A stretch of DNA of 51,947 nt, the filler included, from Sphacelaria rigidula (taxonomy: Eukaryota): assembly GCA_964200075.2 (NCBI GenBank). It is 4 parts of 4 records of this genome, joined end to end, with 100 filler letters (N's around TTAATTAATTAA, not from the genome) between each part and the next. Parts side by side here need not be neighbours in the genome. Positions count along the whole stretch, not along the records: positions 39,038 to 51,947 come from CAXNAA020003315.1; 3 more parts are not named here. One strand, 5' to 3'. The stretch's first letter is position 1. Each line of letters starts with the position of its first letter. The notes beneath the pieces were generated by a model, which was not told where the DNA came from, searched no databases, and saw only the letters and a program-made list of their open reading frames with translations. The translations under genes were made by a program, and so were the position numbers. Positions 49,046-51,947 of this stretch are shown here, one piece after another.

Positions 49046-49268
49046 GCTGTGGTCGGCACTATGCAGCGCTGTGCTGACCTACGCGTTTCGAATCGAAGGG
49101 TTGAACGCAAATTTGAGTGGTGGAACCTGCGGCCAATCACTGCGAACATTCAAGGAAAGTCATGCCACGTCACGTCAGCATCCGTTATGAAGTTGTCACC
49201 TTACATCTCGAAGTTATCTCAAGATTCCATTTAAACTTCTTGCTTCCTGATTCTGCAACAATTCTTTA

Positions 49269-50000
49269 GGGCTCCTTACGTCACACGTTACACGTCACGT
49301 CACAGTAACGTGTTCTTGAAGCATAAATTGTAACGTGTAACGCATAATGTACGTTACGTTTGTGACGTGTGACATTAAATAAAACGTTACACTTCGAGCG
49401 TGTTGAGGACAACTGAACGCTACGTACGACGTTGTAACGTTATATGTAGCGCAACTTGGTGTGGGAGGTTCACGTTGAGGTGTGTGACCTTCATTCGGAT
49501 GCCCTAATAAGCATTTATGACGTTCATTCAGACGTTACAATACACTTTTGTAACGTTCATTCAGACGTCACGGATGTGCAACGTTTAAAATACGTCACAT
49601 GTTACATCAAGAGTTTTTAAATACGTTGATGTGACGTTTAAACAAATACGTCACGTCACGTCACACAGAGACGTCTTGAAAAATGATACGTAACGTCACA
49701 TCCCAATTTCTCTCTGTACGTCGCGTCACATCGTGGTACACGTCAAGTGTGTGACATTTGTGATGATCATTCAGACGTCACAAACGTGTGGCGTAATGAC
49801 GAACGTATAGTGTATCAAATACGTTACGCGTTACAATAAACGTTTCAAAATACGTTGATGTGACGTGTAAAAAATACGTCACGTCACGTCACGTCACATT
49901 TGTGACGTCTTCAAAAACCATACGTCACGTCACGTCACACCGTTGTGACGTGACGTTTGTGACGTGTGACGTACGAGTGACGTGTACTGTAAAGAGCCCC
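49269..50000. mobile_element. ~730-bp ACGT-core-rich non-autonomous DNA element
   Basis: Ends gggctcctta / taaagagccc. Internal duplication (49590-49690 vs 49850-49940). Dense CACGT/TGACGT motifs. Confidence 0.7.
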
Positions 50001-50401
50001 ACAAATTTCGAATTATATGAAACTCTCGAATGACAACAGTTTTCATCCAGCGACAAGCCCTGGTGAAAAAGAAATCGTTGTTGGAATTCCTGTTGCTGAT
50101 TCTCTTTCAGACACGACGATATAGTAAGGACATAAAATAATAGCGACGCATGAGACCGCAGCATTGACCCAACGCCTCCTTATCGCCAGTCGCCCGAGTT
50201 TCATGCGAAAGGAGAGTGGGCAAAGTATGCTCGGCAAGGTAATGTACCAACGAACTGAGTGTTCGCAGGTGTCGGAACTTCTCTATTTGATATATTGTAA
50301 GTACCACTGCACAACCAACTGTCGGTATCGCACATGGTCTATGCCTCCTTACACACGCGGCCATTCCGTACAGGGATTTTCAAACGTCATTCTCGGCTCC
50401 G

Positions 50402-51230
50402 TCCGTCTTAAAATCCCCCCTAGAGGGTCTTGGGTATTCGTAATCCTCCAGGGGATTTTCAATGTTCGGGCCCTCGAAGGTCTGTGTCGATATGAAAATT
50501 CGCTGGATCCTTTTTGGAGGCACAAGTGCTATGGAAATCTGGAATTTTCACAGCTGTTCGAAATAAGTCCTGATTCCAAATTATTGGAATCAGGCCCAAG
50601 GATTTATTTCGAACAGCAGAAGCTGTGTAAATCCCATATACACTCGCAAATGGAGTTTGTACACCAGAAACTGTTTGAAAGATATCCTCATTTCGCCCAC
50701 CAAAAACGAAAACTCTTATTTTCGAGAAGCGTTTCCTGTTCAAGTCCCACATACGGCAGGGTATCGGTGGATGAGAGTCGAGAGACAGCACAAACGCGGC
50801 CATTCGGCTATCTGTAGAGGATTGTGTGAAACGCAACCCTACATAGCGTCCGTTTTTCAAGTGCTCTCTAGAAGATATTGGGCATTTGTAATCCTCTAGA
50901 GGGTTCTCAAGGCTGGGGTCTCGCTCGAAAGTCTGCGTCCGTATCAAAATCGTTTAGATTATTTTTGAGGGCACGCGCATGCTGTGGAAAACGCAATTCG
51001 GATAACCTGTGCTGTTCGAAAAACATCCTTCATGCCCGACGTCGGGCACAAAGCAAAGGATTTATTTTGAACAGCACAGGCTGTACAAATCCCATATACA
51101 CTTGTAGGTGGAATTTGTAAAGCAAAAGCTGTTGGAAACAAATCTTCCTTTTGTCCATCAATTCATCCTGAAGTCGGGCAAAGGAAAGACCTATTTACGA
51201 GCAGCCCCTGCTGTTCAAGTCCCACATACG
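50402..51230. repeat. Diverged tandem duplication (~355 and ~380-bp units) containing hairpins
   Basis: 50402-50755 and 50849-51230 share gtaatcctc, gctgttcgaaa, aaatcccatatacact and ctgttcaagtcccacatacg. Confidence 0.8.
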
Positions 51231-51947
51231 AGTGTATGTTCACACGACCGCGCTACACAGCTTTAGCCGGTGGGTATATGGTGCACTGAGGCGAAATACC
51301 TCGCTATTATATTGATACAGCTTCTCCAAACCCCGTAGTCCACGGTCGACGAATCGAACGAAAACCGCGAAACATTTTTTTCATGCATGTGCTTTGATAT
51401 GACGATCACAACGAGAATAGGCACGCGGTTTGGTGCTGTATATACTGGACTGTAAAATTTACAGGATAGTACCATATATGTCGTGCTTACACACGTACGG
51501 TGCAATATACTGCAGAGTTATAGCGTGGCACATGGACTACGTATCGCTATACAGAGTGGATGCCTGTAACTTTGCGTACATGGGGGCGTTATATACCGCC
51601 AGCTACTACTGCAGTATACACCACGACGCGTGTTCTTGCAGCATGCGCACAAAACTGCCGTCAGTAGGGCGTGAAAGGGAAGAGGGCAGAGTACAATACA
51701 GACAGCGCAGGACTATATACATATGTTTTCTGTTCACAGTGAGACGTGAAAATGACTTGAACAGCGTGCGCAGCTTTGTCTATGGCTGCACTGTCCATGA
51801 TGACTCGAGTGTGTAGGCAGTAAGCCGGTCATTCCCCGCACCCTATGTACCCCGCGTGGTTCCGCCGCCGCGCCTGTGCATAATCCGTGCTCTTTCCTGC
51901 AGGGTTGTGGTGATAGCTGGAAATAAGTGTTGTGCGGGGTTTGCATG

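Noticed and set aside
48686..50238. Exon-like segments at ~48686-48787 and ~50111-50238 with good splice signals
   Set aside because: Stops in all three frames and no recognisable product; they may be UTR/lncRNA exons but this cannot be supported from sequence alone.

Overview
Eukaryotic, intron-rich, repeat-dense DNA, most consistent with a brown alga (Phaeophyceae; inferred from gene structure, TTAGGG motifs and repeat types). The window is not one locus. It is four contigs (1-12914, 13015-25927, 26028-38937, 39038-51947; 12914/12913/12910/12910 nt, so apparently size-sorted) joined by artificial 100-nt N44-TTAATTAATTAA-N44 spacers. Three spliced + strand genes were reconstructed by hand with consistent intron phases. 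(1) Seven exons encode a low-complexity region plus a Sec3/EXOC1-type PH-like domain. (2) The 3' six exons of an Angel/CCR4-family EEP phosphatase include a probable GC-AG intron. (3) Two exons encode a degenerate EF-hand protein. The rest is mobile DNA: a deleted chromodomain-bearing Ty3/gypsy remnant with a head-to-head gag-like palindrome, two decayed EN-RT LINE segments in inverted orientation, a tRNA-derived SINE family, a second retroposon family sharing its 3' tail, and many MITE/foldback elements with TA, 2-, 4- or 5-bp target duplications. I cannot demonstrate a novel protein-coding system. The most unusual signals are non-coding: interlocking A-B-A'-B' inverted repeats, telomere-repeat-cored foldback/MITE elements, a structure-conserved tandem hairpin unit, and TGACGT-dense arrays. 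Most short ORFs in the track are spurious.
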